Shown piece by piece: positions 44,623 through 53,935 of a stretch of DNA of 64,000 bases. The DNA lies in assembly GCA_965657055.1 (NCBI GenBank), contig CBFHMY010000002.1, positions 274-64,273 of the forward strand. Reading direction: 5' to 3'. This DNA comes from an uncultured Aliarcobacter sp. (GTDB taxonomy: Bacteria; Campylobacterota; Campylobacteria; Campylobacterales; Arcobacteraceae). Positions within the stretch are counted from its first letter, which is position 1, and every line of letters starts with the position of its first letter. The notes under the pieces were generated by a model. It was given only the letters and a program-made list of their open reading frames with translations, searched no databases and was not told where the DNA came from. A program made the position numbers and the translations under genes.

Positions 44623-46506
44623 ATGACTAAAGAAACTTTTTTAAACGACTTACAAAAAATATATGATTTTTTAAATGATCAAAAAATACAAACAAATACA
44701 CTAATTGCTCATCTTGAAAATGAAGAGTTTGATAAACTAGAAATTATAGATGATTTTGCAAAAGTATTAGATTTATCAATGACAAAAGACTTAAGATTTG
44801 CACTTGTAACTAGACTTGTAAGCTTAAGGGATGATTCTTTAGTTCAAGTTCTAAAAAAACTTGAAAAAAATGAAAAACAAATTATTGAACTTCAAGAAAA
44901 AGCTTATAATTTTGTAAAAGAGTATTGGCATGAAAATCATACAAAATTAATAGATTTAATAGTTCAAAATAAATTATTAACACCTTTTTATCAAGAAGTA
45001 TTTGTAGGTGTTTATAATGTAGGACTTCAAATGTCAGCATGGCAAACATCATGGACAGCACATATTATAAATGGAATAAATAAAGAATTAGTGGCTAAAT
45101 TTGATGGAAATGAAGAAAAAATTATGCAATATCTTGAAAATGAAAATCTTTTAGATTTAGGACATGGTGGAATTACTGCTGATAGATGTTATTCAGCGCT
45201 GACTAAAGATGGTGATAAATATAAATCACAAGCTTATATTAAAGCCTTTAAAAAAGAAACAACTGAAGTAGTTGATGCGTTAGAAGAGTTTGCAGATAAA
45301 TTAATCGAACTTGAAGATGATATTTACAATCAAAAATGGGATTATATTTTATATATTCAAGCACTTATTAAAGCATTTTCTGAAGATAGAACAGAAGAAC
45401 TTGTTTCTAAATGGGCAGATGTTGATAGGGCTTGGATGAAAATAAAAACACCTATTCAAATAGGACATCCTTTAGAATATTATGAAGATCATTTTAGAAA
45501 AGCAGTTGCCCTTGAATGGGATATAAGACTTACAAATCCAAAATTTGCTCAAAATGACCATAGGGTAAATAAAATCAAAGATGCATTTGCAAAAATTTAT
45601 AATAGTTTTGATGCAAATGAAAAATACGAAAAGATTTATAATTTCTCTTTAAAATCACTTGATAAAGTTCAACTTTATGTTGGAAGACCTGCTTTATTTT
45701 TTGGAGCAGAATTACAAGGAATGTTTTCAGCACAAGTTGTACCAAACGATGAAATAGTAAGTCTTGAAGAAGGTAAAAAAATCTTTGCCTTTTCTGATGA
45801 AATTTTACAAGCAAGCAGGGCAAAGCCATTTTTAGCTCTAAGCAGAGAAATCTTCGGTCAAGAACTATTAACCCATGATAGAACATTTTTATTTAATGAA
45901 ACTGCATCATGGCATCAAGTATATGATATAAGTACCGTAGGACATGAATATGGACATATTTTATGGTGCGATGAGCAAACAGAATCTATTATGAATAAAA
46001 CAGGGAATTTTAAAAATATAGAAGAGTTCAAAGCAACAACAGGAGGACTTATTTCATATTTCTTAGATACCAACACTGATGAAGCACATCTAAAAGAGCA
46101 AGTTTTAATTGACCTTGTAAAAAGAAGTGTAGGACTTATTGGATGGATGGAAGTTGATGAAGTTCAACCTTATTATTGTGAAGGTTTAATTCATTTAAAT
46201 GGTTTATTTGATACGGGTGTTTTATCTTGGGATGAAGATAATAAAAAATTAAATATTGATTTAAGTGAAGAAAAATACGAAGAATTAAGAAAATGGTATC
46301 TTGTAAATTATACAGCTTTAGCAAAACACTATTTAGATAAATTAGATGCAACAAAATTCTTAAATTTATATGCTACAAAAACAGGAAAATATTTTATGCC
46401 AAATAATGAGAAGATTTCTTCTTTTGTAAAACATTACTTTAAAAGATACCAAGATATAGGACAAGAGATAGATAGTATTGATAAAAAAAGCAACTATCTA
46501 AAGTAA
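44623..46506 (+). CDS. putative cytoplasmic zinc metallopeptidase (HExxH...E gluzincin motif), family unassigned
   Basis: VGHEYGHILW followed about 25 residues later by NIEEFKAT. 627 aa, no signal peptide, mostly helical-looking. Size and motif position recall M3/PepF-like peptidases, but I cannot confirm this. Confidence 0.45.
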   Translation: MTKETFLNDLQKIYDFLNDQKIQTNTLIAHLENEEFDKLEIIDDFAKVLDLSMTKDLRFALVTRLVSLRDDSLVQVLKKLEKNEKQIIELQEKAYNFVKEYWHENHTKLIDLIVQNKLLTPFYQEVFVGVYNVGLQMSAWQTSWTAHIINGINKELVAKFDGNEEKIMQYLENENLLDLGHGGITADRCYSALTKDGDKYKSQAYIKAFKKETTEVVDALEEFADKLIELEDDIYNQKWDYILYIQALIKAFSEDRTEELVSKWADVDRAWMKIKTPIQIGHPLEYYEDHFRKAVALEWDIRLTNPKFAQNDHRVNKIKDAFAKIYNSFDANEKYEKIYNFSLKSLDKVQLYVGRPALFFGAELQGMFSAQVVPNDEIVSLEEGKKIFAFSDEILQASRAKPFLALSREIFGQELLTHDRTFLFNETASWHQVYDISTVGHEYGHILWCDEQTESIMNKTGNFKNIEEFKATTGGLISYFLDTNTDEAHLKEQVLIDLVKRSVGLIGWMEVDEVQPYYCEGLIHLNGLFDTGVLSWDEDNKKLNIDLSEEKYEELRKWYLVNYTALAKHYLDKLDATKFLNLYATKTGKYFMPNNEKISSFVKHYFKRYQDIGQEIDSIDKKSNYLK

Positions 46507-46547
46507 AATATTTATAAAAAATTATAGATTTAAATATCTAATATCAT

Positions 46548-46592
46548 TTTTCATGCACTTTAATTTATTTAATAAATTAAGAAGCATGAAAA
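46548..46592 (+). terminator. long AT-rich hairpin downstream of the HExxH gene
   Basis: TTTTCATGC...TAATTTATT / AATAAATTA...GCATGAAAA: two stacked stems with an internal loop. No clean U-tail. Confidence 0.4.
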
Positions 46593-46877
46593 CGCTATAA
46601 TATAAACCAATAAATTACTTTTAAATACAGATAAATTTTATTTTAATCTGATAGAGATGTTAATTGAATTAGTGAATTTGTTAAAAAAATTAATAATTTT
46701 TTAGGGAAACTTGATAATTGAAACAACCTTATCAAAAGAAGTACTTTTAAACTGTAGATAATTAAGAAAAATCTTCTATACAAAATATTAATAATCTTTT
46801 TCTCCTAAATAAATCACTTACGTAGCGGATGTATTTTTATAAAATACAAATAACTTATTTAAATCTGGAGTGTAAAT

Positions 46878-47630
46878 TTGCTTAATATTTTAGTTACCGG
46901 GTCAAAAGGTTTTATTGGTAAAAACTTACTTAGTGCACTAAAAAACAATAAAAATATTAATATCTTAGAATTTGATAGAACTAATACAATTGAAGATTTA
47001 GAAAAACTAATTTCTAAGTGTGATTTTATTTTTCATCTAGCTGGTGAAGTAAGACCAAAGAGTAGTGATGAAGAATTTATGAAATCAAATATTCTTTTGA
47101 CAAAAACGATATTAGATATTTTAGAAAAACAAAAGAAAATTGTACCTATTTTACTAGCTTCTTCAATTCATTCAAAGCTACTATTAAATGAATATGGAAG
47201 AACAAAAAGGGCAGCTGAATTATTAATAGAAGAATATTCAAAAGAAAAAAAAATAAATTGTTTCATATATAGACTTCATCATGTATTTGGAGAAGGCTGT
47301 AAAGAAAACTATAATTCTGGAATAAGTACTTGGATATACAACAGTATAAAAGACTTAGATATAATTGTATTTGATAGAAATATAGAAATGCATTATGTTT
47401 ATATTCAAGATGTAATAAATGAATTTGTATCAAAAATAGAAATAAAAAACTCCAAAGAAATATACTTCGAAGTGGAAACAATATTTGATACAACACTAGG
47501 AGAAGTAGTAGATTTCATAAATGAATTTAAATTAAATATTCTAAATGAAAATTACAAAATTAAAAATAATGATTTTAAACAAAAACTATTCCAAACATAT
47601 GAAGATTATTATAGGAAATTAAATGCTTAA
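46878..47630 (+). CDS. NAD-dependent epimerase/dehydratase (short-chain dehydrogenase fold, CapF N-terminal-domain-like)
   Basis: ILVTGSKGFIGKNL Rossmann motif and YGRTKRAAE (YxxxK). TTG start with GGAG SD. Confidence 0.7.
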   Translation: MLNILVTGSKGFIGKNLLSALKNNKNINILEFDRTNTIEDLEKLISKCDFIFHLAGEVRPKSSDEEFMKSNILLTKTILDILEKQKKIVPILLASSIHSKLLLNEYGRTKRAAELLIEEYSKEKKINCFIYRLHHVFGEGCKENYNSGISTWIYNSIKDLDIIVFDRNIEMHYVYIQDVINEFVSKIEIKNSKEIYFEVETIFDTTLGEVVDFINEFKLNILNENYKIKNNDFKQKLFQTYEDYYRKLNA

Positions 47631-47653
47631 AAATATAGTAAAGGACTTTCTAA

Positions 47654-48535
47654 TTGACTAATGAACCTAAAATAGGACTAGTAACAGTTTTATATAATAG
47701 TATAGAAGTATTAGAAGATTTTTTTCAAAGCTTAGTAAAACAAAGCTATAAAAACTTTATATTATATGTGATTGATAATTCACCAAATGATGATGTACTT
47801 AATGAAGCTATAAAATTATCAAATCAATTTAATATTAATTCAGTTTTTATAAACAATAATGCAAATCTTGGTGTTGCAAAAGGTAATAATCAAGGAATAC
47901 AAGAGTCATTAAAAGATGATTGCGAATATGTATTATTATTAAATAATGATATTGAATTTTCTGAAGATACAATTAAAGATTTAATTAAATATACAGTAGA
48001 AAATGATGTATCAATAATAGTGCCGAAAATACACTATCATAATACAAATAAAATATGGACAGCAGGTGGGCACATATCTAAATTAAAAGGAACATCTCCT
48101 CATAGGGGTGAACTAGAAGAAGATATTGGTCAATATGAAAATATTGAATATGTAAATTATGCACCAACTTGTTTTATGCTAATACATAAAAAAGTATTTG
48201 AAAAAGTTGGATTAATGGATGAAAAATATTTCGTTTATTATGATGATAGTGATTTTATTTATAGAACCAATGCAAGTGGATATAAAATTGTATATTTCCC
48301 AAAAGCTGTTGTTGCACATAAAGTAAGTGTTAGTACAGGAGGAAGTGAAAGTCTGTTTTTCATTTACTATGTAACAAGAAATAGAATTTATTTTATAAGA
48401 AAAAACTTCCCTTTTATATACAAGATAATTAGTTTACCTTATTTCTTCCTTACAAGAATGGTAAAATATAAATCATATAATCAAGAACAAAGAAAAACAC
48501 TAATAAAAGCTATTAAAGATTCATTTGATTTATAA
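47654..48535 (+). CDS. family 2 glycosyltransferase
   Basis: IGLVTVLYNS...VIDNSPND...LLNNDIEF (DxD-type), a typical GT2/rhamnosyltransferase-like layout. Confidence 0.75.
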   Translation: MTNEPKIGLVTVLYNSIEVLEDFFQSLVKQSYKNFILYVIDNSPNDDVLNEAIKLSNQFNINSVFINNNANLGVAKGNNQGIQESLKDDCEYVLLLNNDIEFSEDTIKDLIKYTVENDVSIIVPKIHYHNTNKIWTAGGHISKLKGTSPHRGELEEDIGQYENIEYVNYAPTCFMLIHKKVFEKVGLMDEKYFVYYDDSDFIYRTNASGYKIVYFPKAVVAHKVSVSTGGSESLFFIYYVTRNRIYFIRKNFPFIYKIISLPYFFLTRMVKYKSYNQEQRKTLIKAIKDSFDL

Positions 48536-48568
48536 CAATATTTAAAGGAAAGAAACTTGATAATAAAT

Positions 48569-51175
48569 TTACAAGTACTCTTCTAAAAACAACTTTTCAA
48601 ACTCACAAGATTTAACTGGCTTGGAAAACAAATATCCTTGCCCGTAATCGCAATTTATATCTTTTAATAAGGACATTTGGTTTTTCTCTTCGATACCCTC
48701 AGCAATAACATTTATATTTAATTTATGAGCCATTGCAATCATAGCTTCACATAGAATCATATCTTGAGAATCCTCTGTAAGATTACGAACAAAAGATTGG
48801 TCAATCTTTATATAATCAATATCAAATTTTTTAAGATATGAAAGAGATGAATAGCCTGTCCCAAAATCATCAATAGATATATCAACACCATTATTTCTAT
48901 AGTCTAAAAGTTTGTTTATAACAATATCTTCACTTTCCATCAATAAATTCTCAGTAATCTCTATACAAATATTTTTACCTGATAAACCATATTTGTCTAA
49001 TAAATACTTCCAATTCCTCATACTGTCAATTGATTTAAATTGAACTGGAGATTTATTTATACTTATTTGTAATTCAATATTATATTTAACTTTCCACTTT
49101 TTTATTTGTTTAAGAACTTCTTCGTAAATCCAATCTCCAACTTTAATAATTAAACCCGAGTATTCTAATAAAGTAATAAATTCTCCTGGATAAATAATCC
49201 CATAAAGTGGGTGATTCCATCGGAGAAGTGCTTCTGCTTTTCTAATTTCTTTGCTATCTAAATCTATAATTGGCTGATAATATAATTCTAATTGATTTAA
49301 TTCAACACTACTATACAAACCTGAAAGTAAATCTTGCCTTCTTTGTGCTTCATCTTGCATTTTTTGTGTATAGTAATTAAACTGCCTTCTTCCTAATTTT
49401 TTAGCTCCATACATTGCTTGATCAGCATTTTTCAATAATGAAACAGCATCTGAGGCATCATTTGGATAAATTGTTATTCCTATACTTGCTGAAATGTGAA
49501 TCTGCTTTAAATCAATAAAAAAAGGTAATGTTAAACTTTTAATAATTTTATCTGCAATATTATCTATTATATTTATATTTTTTAATTCTGGTAAAATAAT
49601 AGTAAACTCATCTCCTCCAAATCTTCCTAGAAAATCAGTTTTTCTAATATTTAATAATATTCTACGTGAAGCTTCAATTAATACCTTATCACCTATATCA
49701 TGGCCTAAAGTATCATTTACATCTTTAAAGTGATCTAAATCAATAAAAAGTAATGCAAATGGAAGTTTTGTTCTTGAAAATTTAACAATTTCTTCTTCTA
49801 ATTGAATTTGAAACATATTTCTATTATATAATTGTGTTAAGAAATCATATGTTGCTTGTTTTTTTATTATATCTTCACTACTCTTCTTCTCAGTGATATC
49901 CGTAAATAAGGCAACATAGTGATCCAAATAACCTTTTTCATCTCTAACAACATTTATATTTAAATATTCAATATAAATATCACCATTTTTCTTTTTATTT
50001 ATAAGTTCACCACTCCATGAATCTTTTTTGTTAATATCTTTCCACATTTTTTCATATATTATTTTTTCATTATCATTTGAAGATAGAATTGTTGGGTTCT
50101 CTCCAATGACATCAATTTCTTCATAACCAGTTATTTTTGTAAAAGCAGCATTTACACTTATTATATTATTATATGCATCTGAAACAAACATAGCTTGAGA
50201 ACTATTTTTATATATAATTGAAGCTAATTCTAGTTCAGTAACATCTGAATTTGTCCCTACTAATCTAAAAACTCCATCTATTGTTTTAGAAACAACTTTA
50301 CCTCGACTTAAAACCCATAACCAAGTATTATCATCTTTTAATAACCTATATTTACAAATAAAAATTTCTTTTTTACCTTCAAAATGTTCTATTAAATTCT
50401 TTTGGATTAATTCTAAATCATGTGGATAAATAGTTACATACTTTTTATTTTTAATTATATTTTTTGTAAAAGTTTCTAAAATCGAATCATGATTTACTAA
50501 ACTATATTTTAATTTGAAATCCCATACATCTTCTAATCCACCATCTAATATAACTTTCCATCGTTCTTCACTTAAACTTAATGCTTTTTCTGCTTTTTTT
50601 CTTAATGTTTTTTCCCTCATTAAATCTAATGTTCTTGAAGAAAGACTATCATACATGGTGAGAACAGTACCAACAAGTAATTTCATAGAGCCATTCATAT
50701 GGTTATCTGAAATCTTTTTTGAAGCTTCTAAAGATTCTCCAGATTCTAATGCTAATATTACTTTTGACATTCTCTTATCATTATCTAAAATATGATAGGC
50801 TAACCATTGCGATAAAAAAGAAACAATATCATGAATAACATCATCTAATGGTTTATTATCTTTATTATCTTTTAATTCTATTACTTCTGAGATAAATGAT
50901 TTATGAGTTTCTTTATGATTTAGAATCCAAATATCATCTTTAAAATATTTTTTCCAAATTTGTTCTTCTGTTTTAAAATGATAGTCTGCGTAATCTGCAA
51001 GTTCATCAAAAATTTCATTTAAAATTATTGAATCAGAAAGGTTTGCTAGATGTGCAGCTAATTTATTTAAAATATTCACCAATTGTTTATGCTGTTCATC
51101 AATCAAGTTTATTCCGGTTTCAAAATTACTATTCCACGGGAAAATTTCAAAAAAATCTATTTCATTATCTATCAT
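48569..51175 (-). CDS. bacteriohemerythrin + two PAS + GGDEF + EAL signalling protein
   Basis: Hemerythrin ligand pattern (IDEQHKQL, DYHFKTEE, NHKETH, WLAYHILDND). PAS (WSGELINKKKNGD). GGDEF (FIDLDHFKDVNDTLGHDIGD...GRFGGDEFTIIL). EAL (AEALLRW, EITEN, DDFGTGYSSLSYL, IKIDQSF, EGIE, QGY). Confidence 0.85.
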   Translation of the reverse strand: MIDNEIDFFEIFPWNSNFETGINLIDEQHKQLVNILNKLAAHLANLSDSIILNEIFDELADYADYHFKTEEQIWKKYFKDDIWILNHKETHKSFISEVIELKDNKDNKPLDDVIHDIVSFLSQWLAYHILDNDKRMSKVILALESGESLEASKKISDNHMNGSMKLLVGTVLTMYDSLSSRTLDLMREKTLRKKAEKALSLSEERWKVILDGGLEDVWDFKLKYSLVNHDSILETFTKNIIKNKKYVTIYPHDLELIQKNLIEHFEGKKEIFICKYRLLKDDNTWLWVLSRGKVVSKTIDGVFRLVGTNSDVTELELASIIYKNSSQAMFVSDAYNNIISVNAAFTKITGYEEIDVIGENPTILSSNDNEKIIYEKMWKDINKKDSWSGELINKKKNGDIYIEYLNINVVRDEKGYLDHYVALFTDITEKKSSEDIIKKQATYDFLTQLYNRNMFQIQLEEEIVKFSRTKLPFALLFIDLDHFKDVNDTLGHDIGDKVLIEASRRILLNIRKTDFLGRFGGDEFTIILPELKNINIIDNIADKIIKSLTLPFFIDLKQIHISASIGITIYPNDASDAVSLLKNADQAMYGAKKLGRRQFNYYTQKMQDEAQRRQDLLSGLYSSVELNQLELYYQPIIDLDSKEIRKAEALLRWNHPLYGIIYPGEFITLLEYSGLIIKVGDWIYEEVLKQIKKWKVKYNIELQISINKSPVQFKSIDSMRNWKYLLDKYGLSGKNICIEITENLLMESEDIVINKLLDYRNNGVDISIDDFGTGYSSLSYLKKFDIDYIKIDQSFVRNLTEDSQDMILCEAMIAMAHKLNINVIAEGIEEKNQMSLLKDINCDYGQGYLFSKPVKSCEFEKLFLEEYL

Positions 51176-51284
51176 ACTAGAAACCTTGTGTTAAAATTAT
51201 TATTATACTGAATAAGATATAATTGTTTATTTAATTATTTAAAATAATTTGCAGAAGATAAAAAAGTAGGCCTAAAGATTAAAT

Positions 51285-51311
51285 AAAAAAGAGGAATTAT
51301 TCCTCTTTTTT
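51285..51311 (-). terminator. rho-independent terminator of the catalase-ankyrin-PEBP-like operon (bidirectional shape)
   Basis: Perfect 11-bp stem AAAAAAGAGGA / TCCTCTTTTTT with a 5-nt loop. Confidence 0.8.
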
Positions 51312-51315
51312 ATTT

Positions 51316-51822
51316 TTAGAATTTTCCTAAAACTAACTCAGTTGATGCTAATTGTTTATTAGCTGCATCAACAGCTTCAATACCTACTTTATAAGTATTT
51401 CCTTTCCCACCTGAACAAGGTGCTAAATATGCTCCTGGATTCTTCTTAAATCTTGTTCCTGTATGTGCACTTACAACTTCAAAACCATCTACTAACTCAA
51501 ATGTTTCACCACCTTGAGCTGGAACAGAAATTTCTTTTGCATTAGATGCTACTTTATAAGCAATAATTCCATGACCACCATTATCCATTTTTGTAAAAGT
51601 TTTATCACTATAAGTGAAAACTATTTTTGCTGTACCACTTGGAATATTTGAAATTTTTAAAGGTGGAGTTGAACCTATTTTATTTTCATTAAAGTTTGAA
51701 CAAACTTCATCCTTAGGAACTGTCATTCCATCCCATTTACTATCTGAAAATTCTGCTTTTAAATTACTTGCGAATAATGAACCTGAAACTAATAATGAAC
51801 TTAATATAATTGATTTTAACAT
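51316..51822 (-). CDS. secreted protein, tentatively PEBP/YbhB-like
   Basis: Start placed at the internal ATG (MLKSIILSSLLVSGSLFA signal peptide) with AAGGA SD, 1 nt after the ankyrin gene stop. GSTPPLKISNIP.GTAKIV..YSD......GGHG and YLAPCSGGKGNTY loosely follow the PEBP pattern. Confidence 0.45.
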   Translation of the reverse strand: MLKSIILSSLLVSGSLFASNLKAEFSDSKWDGMTVPKDEVCSNFNENKIGSTPPLKISNIPSGTAKIVFTYSDKTFTKMDNGGHGIIAYKVASNAKEISVPAQGGETFELVDGFEVVSAHTGTRFKKNPGAYLAPCSGGKGNTYKVGIEAVDAANKQLASTELVLGKF

Positions 51823-51823
51823 G

Positions 51824-52315
51824 TTATTTTCCTTTTTTAAATATGTTCTTAATAATAGCAAATATTTTAGATATAAGTAAATAAGTTTTTGATTTCAAAT
51901 TACTATTTTCTTTATTTAAATATTTTACTATTTCATAATTCCCAAACATTGAAGCAAACATAATAGGAGTAGTTCCCATTCCATTATTTTCATAAATATT
52001 TGCACCTGCTTTTACTAAAACTTTTACAATCTCTAAATAACCTTTAAAGCAAACACCTGCAAGTGGTGTTTGTCCCCTATCATTCTTTTTATCAACATCT
52101 GCACCCCTCTGAACTAAAAGTTGCGTAGTTTCAAGATTTCCATTATATGAAGCTAACATTAAAAGAGAATTTCCCTTATGATCACATAGATTTATAGGCA
52201 TTTTAGCATCTAGCATTGCTTTTAAGTCTTGTGTTTTCCCCTGTCTTGCAAAATCAAGTGCAAAAACCTGAAGTTCTTCATATCTTCTTTGTTCTTCTTC
52301 TAATATAGCTTCCAT
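51824..52315 (-). CDS. ankyrin-repeat protein (AnkB-like, catalase-associated)
   Basis: Repeats GNSLLMLASYNGNLETTQLLVQRGADVD, GQTPLAGVCFKGYLEIVKVLVKAGANI and GTTPIMFASMFGNYEIVKYL. Starts 3 nt after the catalase stop. Confidence 0.85.
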   Translation of the reverse strand: MEAILEEEQRRYEELQVFALDFARQGKTQDLKAMLDAKMPINLCDHKGNSLLMLASYNGNLETTQLLVQRGADVDKKNDRGQTPLAGVCFKGYLEIVKVLVKAGANIYENNGMGTTPIMFASMFGNYEIVKYLNKENSNLKSKTYLLISKIFAIIKNIFKKGK

Positions 52316-52317
52316 TT

Positions 52318-53745
52318 TTAGATTCCTAAAGCTTTTTTAACCCCAGCTGCATAATCCTTATGAACTTGTTCAAAAAGTGCAAGTTGTCTATCAACTATGT
52401 TTCTTGGAACTCCACCCATTGCTTCTGCGATATTAGAAAACAGCTGTTCTTTTTGATTATTACTCATTAAATTAAATAAGGCAGTAACTTGTACAAAGTC
52501 ATTATTTCCATCTCTATGGTTATATCTATCAGCTAGATCTCCTGTTTCAAAAGATGGCTCTGCAAAACTTGCATCTTCGTACGATCCACCAAAGCTATTT
52601 GGCTCATAATAAGCATCTGTGGGCTCTTTTATTTCATAATTCATAGATCCATCAGCATGATAAGTATTAACTTCAACGATAGGTCTATTTACAGGCAACA
52701 TTTCATAATGAGTTCCTACTCTATATCTGTGAGCATCTGGATATGAGAAGATTCTAGCTTGTAACATTTTATCAGGTGAAAAACTAATACCTGGAACTAC
52801 ATTTGAAGGAGAAAAAGAAGCTTGTTCTATTTCATTAAAATAGTTTTTAGGATTTGCATTTAAAGTCATTGTTCCCACTTTAATCATAGGATAGTCACCA
52901 TGTGGCCAAACTTTTGTTAAATCAAATGGATTGAAGTTACAATTTTTTGCTTCTTCATTTGTCATAATTTGAATTTCAAAACTCCATTTTGGGAAATTAC
53001 CTTTTTCAATATTTTCAAATAAATCTCTTTGATTTGATTCTCTATCTTTTGCAACAATGGCTTCAGCTTCTTTATTTGTAATTGTTTCAATCCCTTGAAG
53101 AGTTTTAAAGTGGAATTTAACCCAAAATCTCTCACCTTGAGCATTGATTAAACTGTAAGTATGAGAACCATATCCATTTACATGTCTATATGATTTTGGC
53201 AGACCTCTGTCTGACATAAGAATAGTTACTTGATGTAAAGATTCAGGACTTAATGACCAAAAATCCCAAGCAGCTGTATTTGATCGTAAGTTTGAATGGG
53301 GATGTCTTTTTTGTGTATGGATAAAATCAGGGAATTTATATGCGTCCCTTATAAAAAATACAGGAGTATTATTTCCAACTAAATCCCAGTTACCCTCACG
53401 TGTATAAAATTTAAGGGCATAACCTCTTACATCTCTTTCAGCATCAGCAGCTCCACGTTCTCCTGCAACCGTTGAAAACCTAAGTAGCATTTTTGTAGTT
53501 TCACCTTTTTGTAAAACTTTTGCTTTTGTATATTTTGAAATATCTTCTGTAATTACAAGCTCTCCAAAAGCACCACTTCCTTTTGCATGAACTACACGTT
53601 CAGGAATTCTTTCTCTATTTTGGTGGGCTAATTTTTCTATTAATTGATAGTCTTGAAGAAGAACAGGACCTCTTGGTCCTGCTGTCATAGAGTTTTGATT
53701 ATCTGAAATCGGATTACCAGCAGTTGTTGTCATAACTTTTTTCAT
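52318..53745 (-). CDS. katA: monofunctional heme catalase (small-subunit type)
   Basis: [56 protein letters not shown]-type motif ([15 protein letters not shown]). Confidence 0.95.
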   Translation of the reverse strand: MKKVMTTTAGNPISDNQNSMTAGPRGPVLLQDYQLIEKLAHQNRERIPERVVHAKGSGAFGELVITEDISKYTKAKVLQKGETTKMLLRFSTVAGERGAADAERDVRGYALKFYTREGNWDLVGNNTPVFFIRDAYKFPDFIHTQKRHPHSNLRSNTAAWDFWSLSPESLHQVTILMSDRGLPKSYRHVNGYGSHTYSLINAQGERFWVKFHFKTLQGIETITNKEAEAIVAKDRESNQRDLFENIEKGNFPKWSFEIQIMTNEEAKNCNFNPFDLTKVWPHGDYPMIKVGTMTLNANPKNYFNEIEQASFSPSNVVPGISFSPDKMLQARIFSYPDAHRYRVGTHYEMLPVNRPIVEVNTYHADGSMNYEIKEPTDAYYEPNSFGGSYEDASFAEPSFETGDLADRYNHRDGNNDFVQVTALFNLMSNNQKEQLFSNIAEAMGGVPRNIVDRQLALFEQVHKDYAAGVKKALGI

Positions 53746-53766
53746 ACTTTATCCTTTAATTTTATT

Positions 53767-53785
53767 AAGGAAAATATTTTTCCTT
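53767..53785. promoter_or_regulatory. palindrome AAGGAAAA-TAT-TTTTCCTT in the catalase 5' leader
   Basis: 8-bp perfect arms with a 3-nt spacer, 22 nt upstream of the katA ATG. It could be an operator or a 5' UTR stem-loop. Confidence 0.3.
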
Positions 53786-53935
53786 TGATAAATTTATTCT
53801 ATATGATTAAATATTAAAATAAACTTAAAATTTATTTTCAAAAAGACTTTTTTAAATTAAGGAAAAGGCTTTTATAATTAAATTCTATCTTATAAAATTA
53901 AATACAAAGTAAACAATAGTAAATATTAAAATTAT

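Noticed and set aside
46560-46700. Very short ORFs (about 15 codons) in the long leader before the sugar genes, e.g. MHFNLFNKLRSMKTL and MLIELVNLLKKLIIF.
   Set aside because: They have no SD and no conservation evidence, and their length is compatible with chance.
51823-51861. Longer N-terminus (MLLLRTYLKKENN...) for the secreted protein 51316..51861 given by the ORF track.
   Set aside because: The extension overlaps the end of the ankyrin gene. The internal ATG at 51822 has an AAGGA SD and yields a clean signal peptide, so the shorter form is preferred.
53746-53935. PerR/Fur box upstream of catalase.
   Set aside because: Only loose AT-rich similarities (e.g. TTATAATTAAATT) to the 7-1-7 consensus I remember. 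In DNA this AT-rich such partial matches are expected by chance. Only the exact 8-3-8 palindrome is reported, at low interest.
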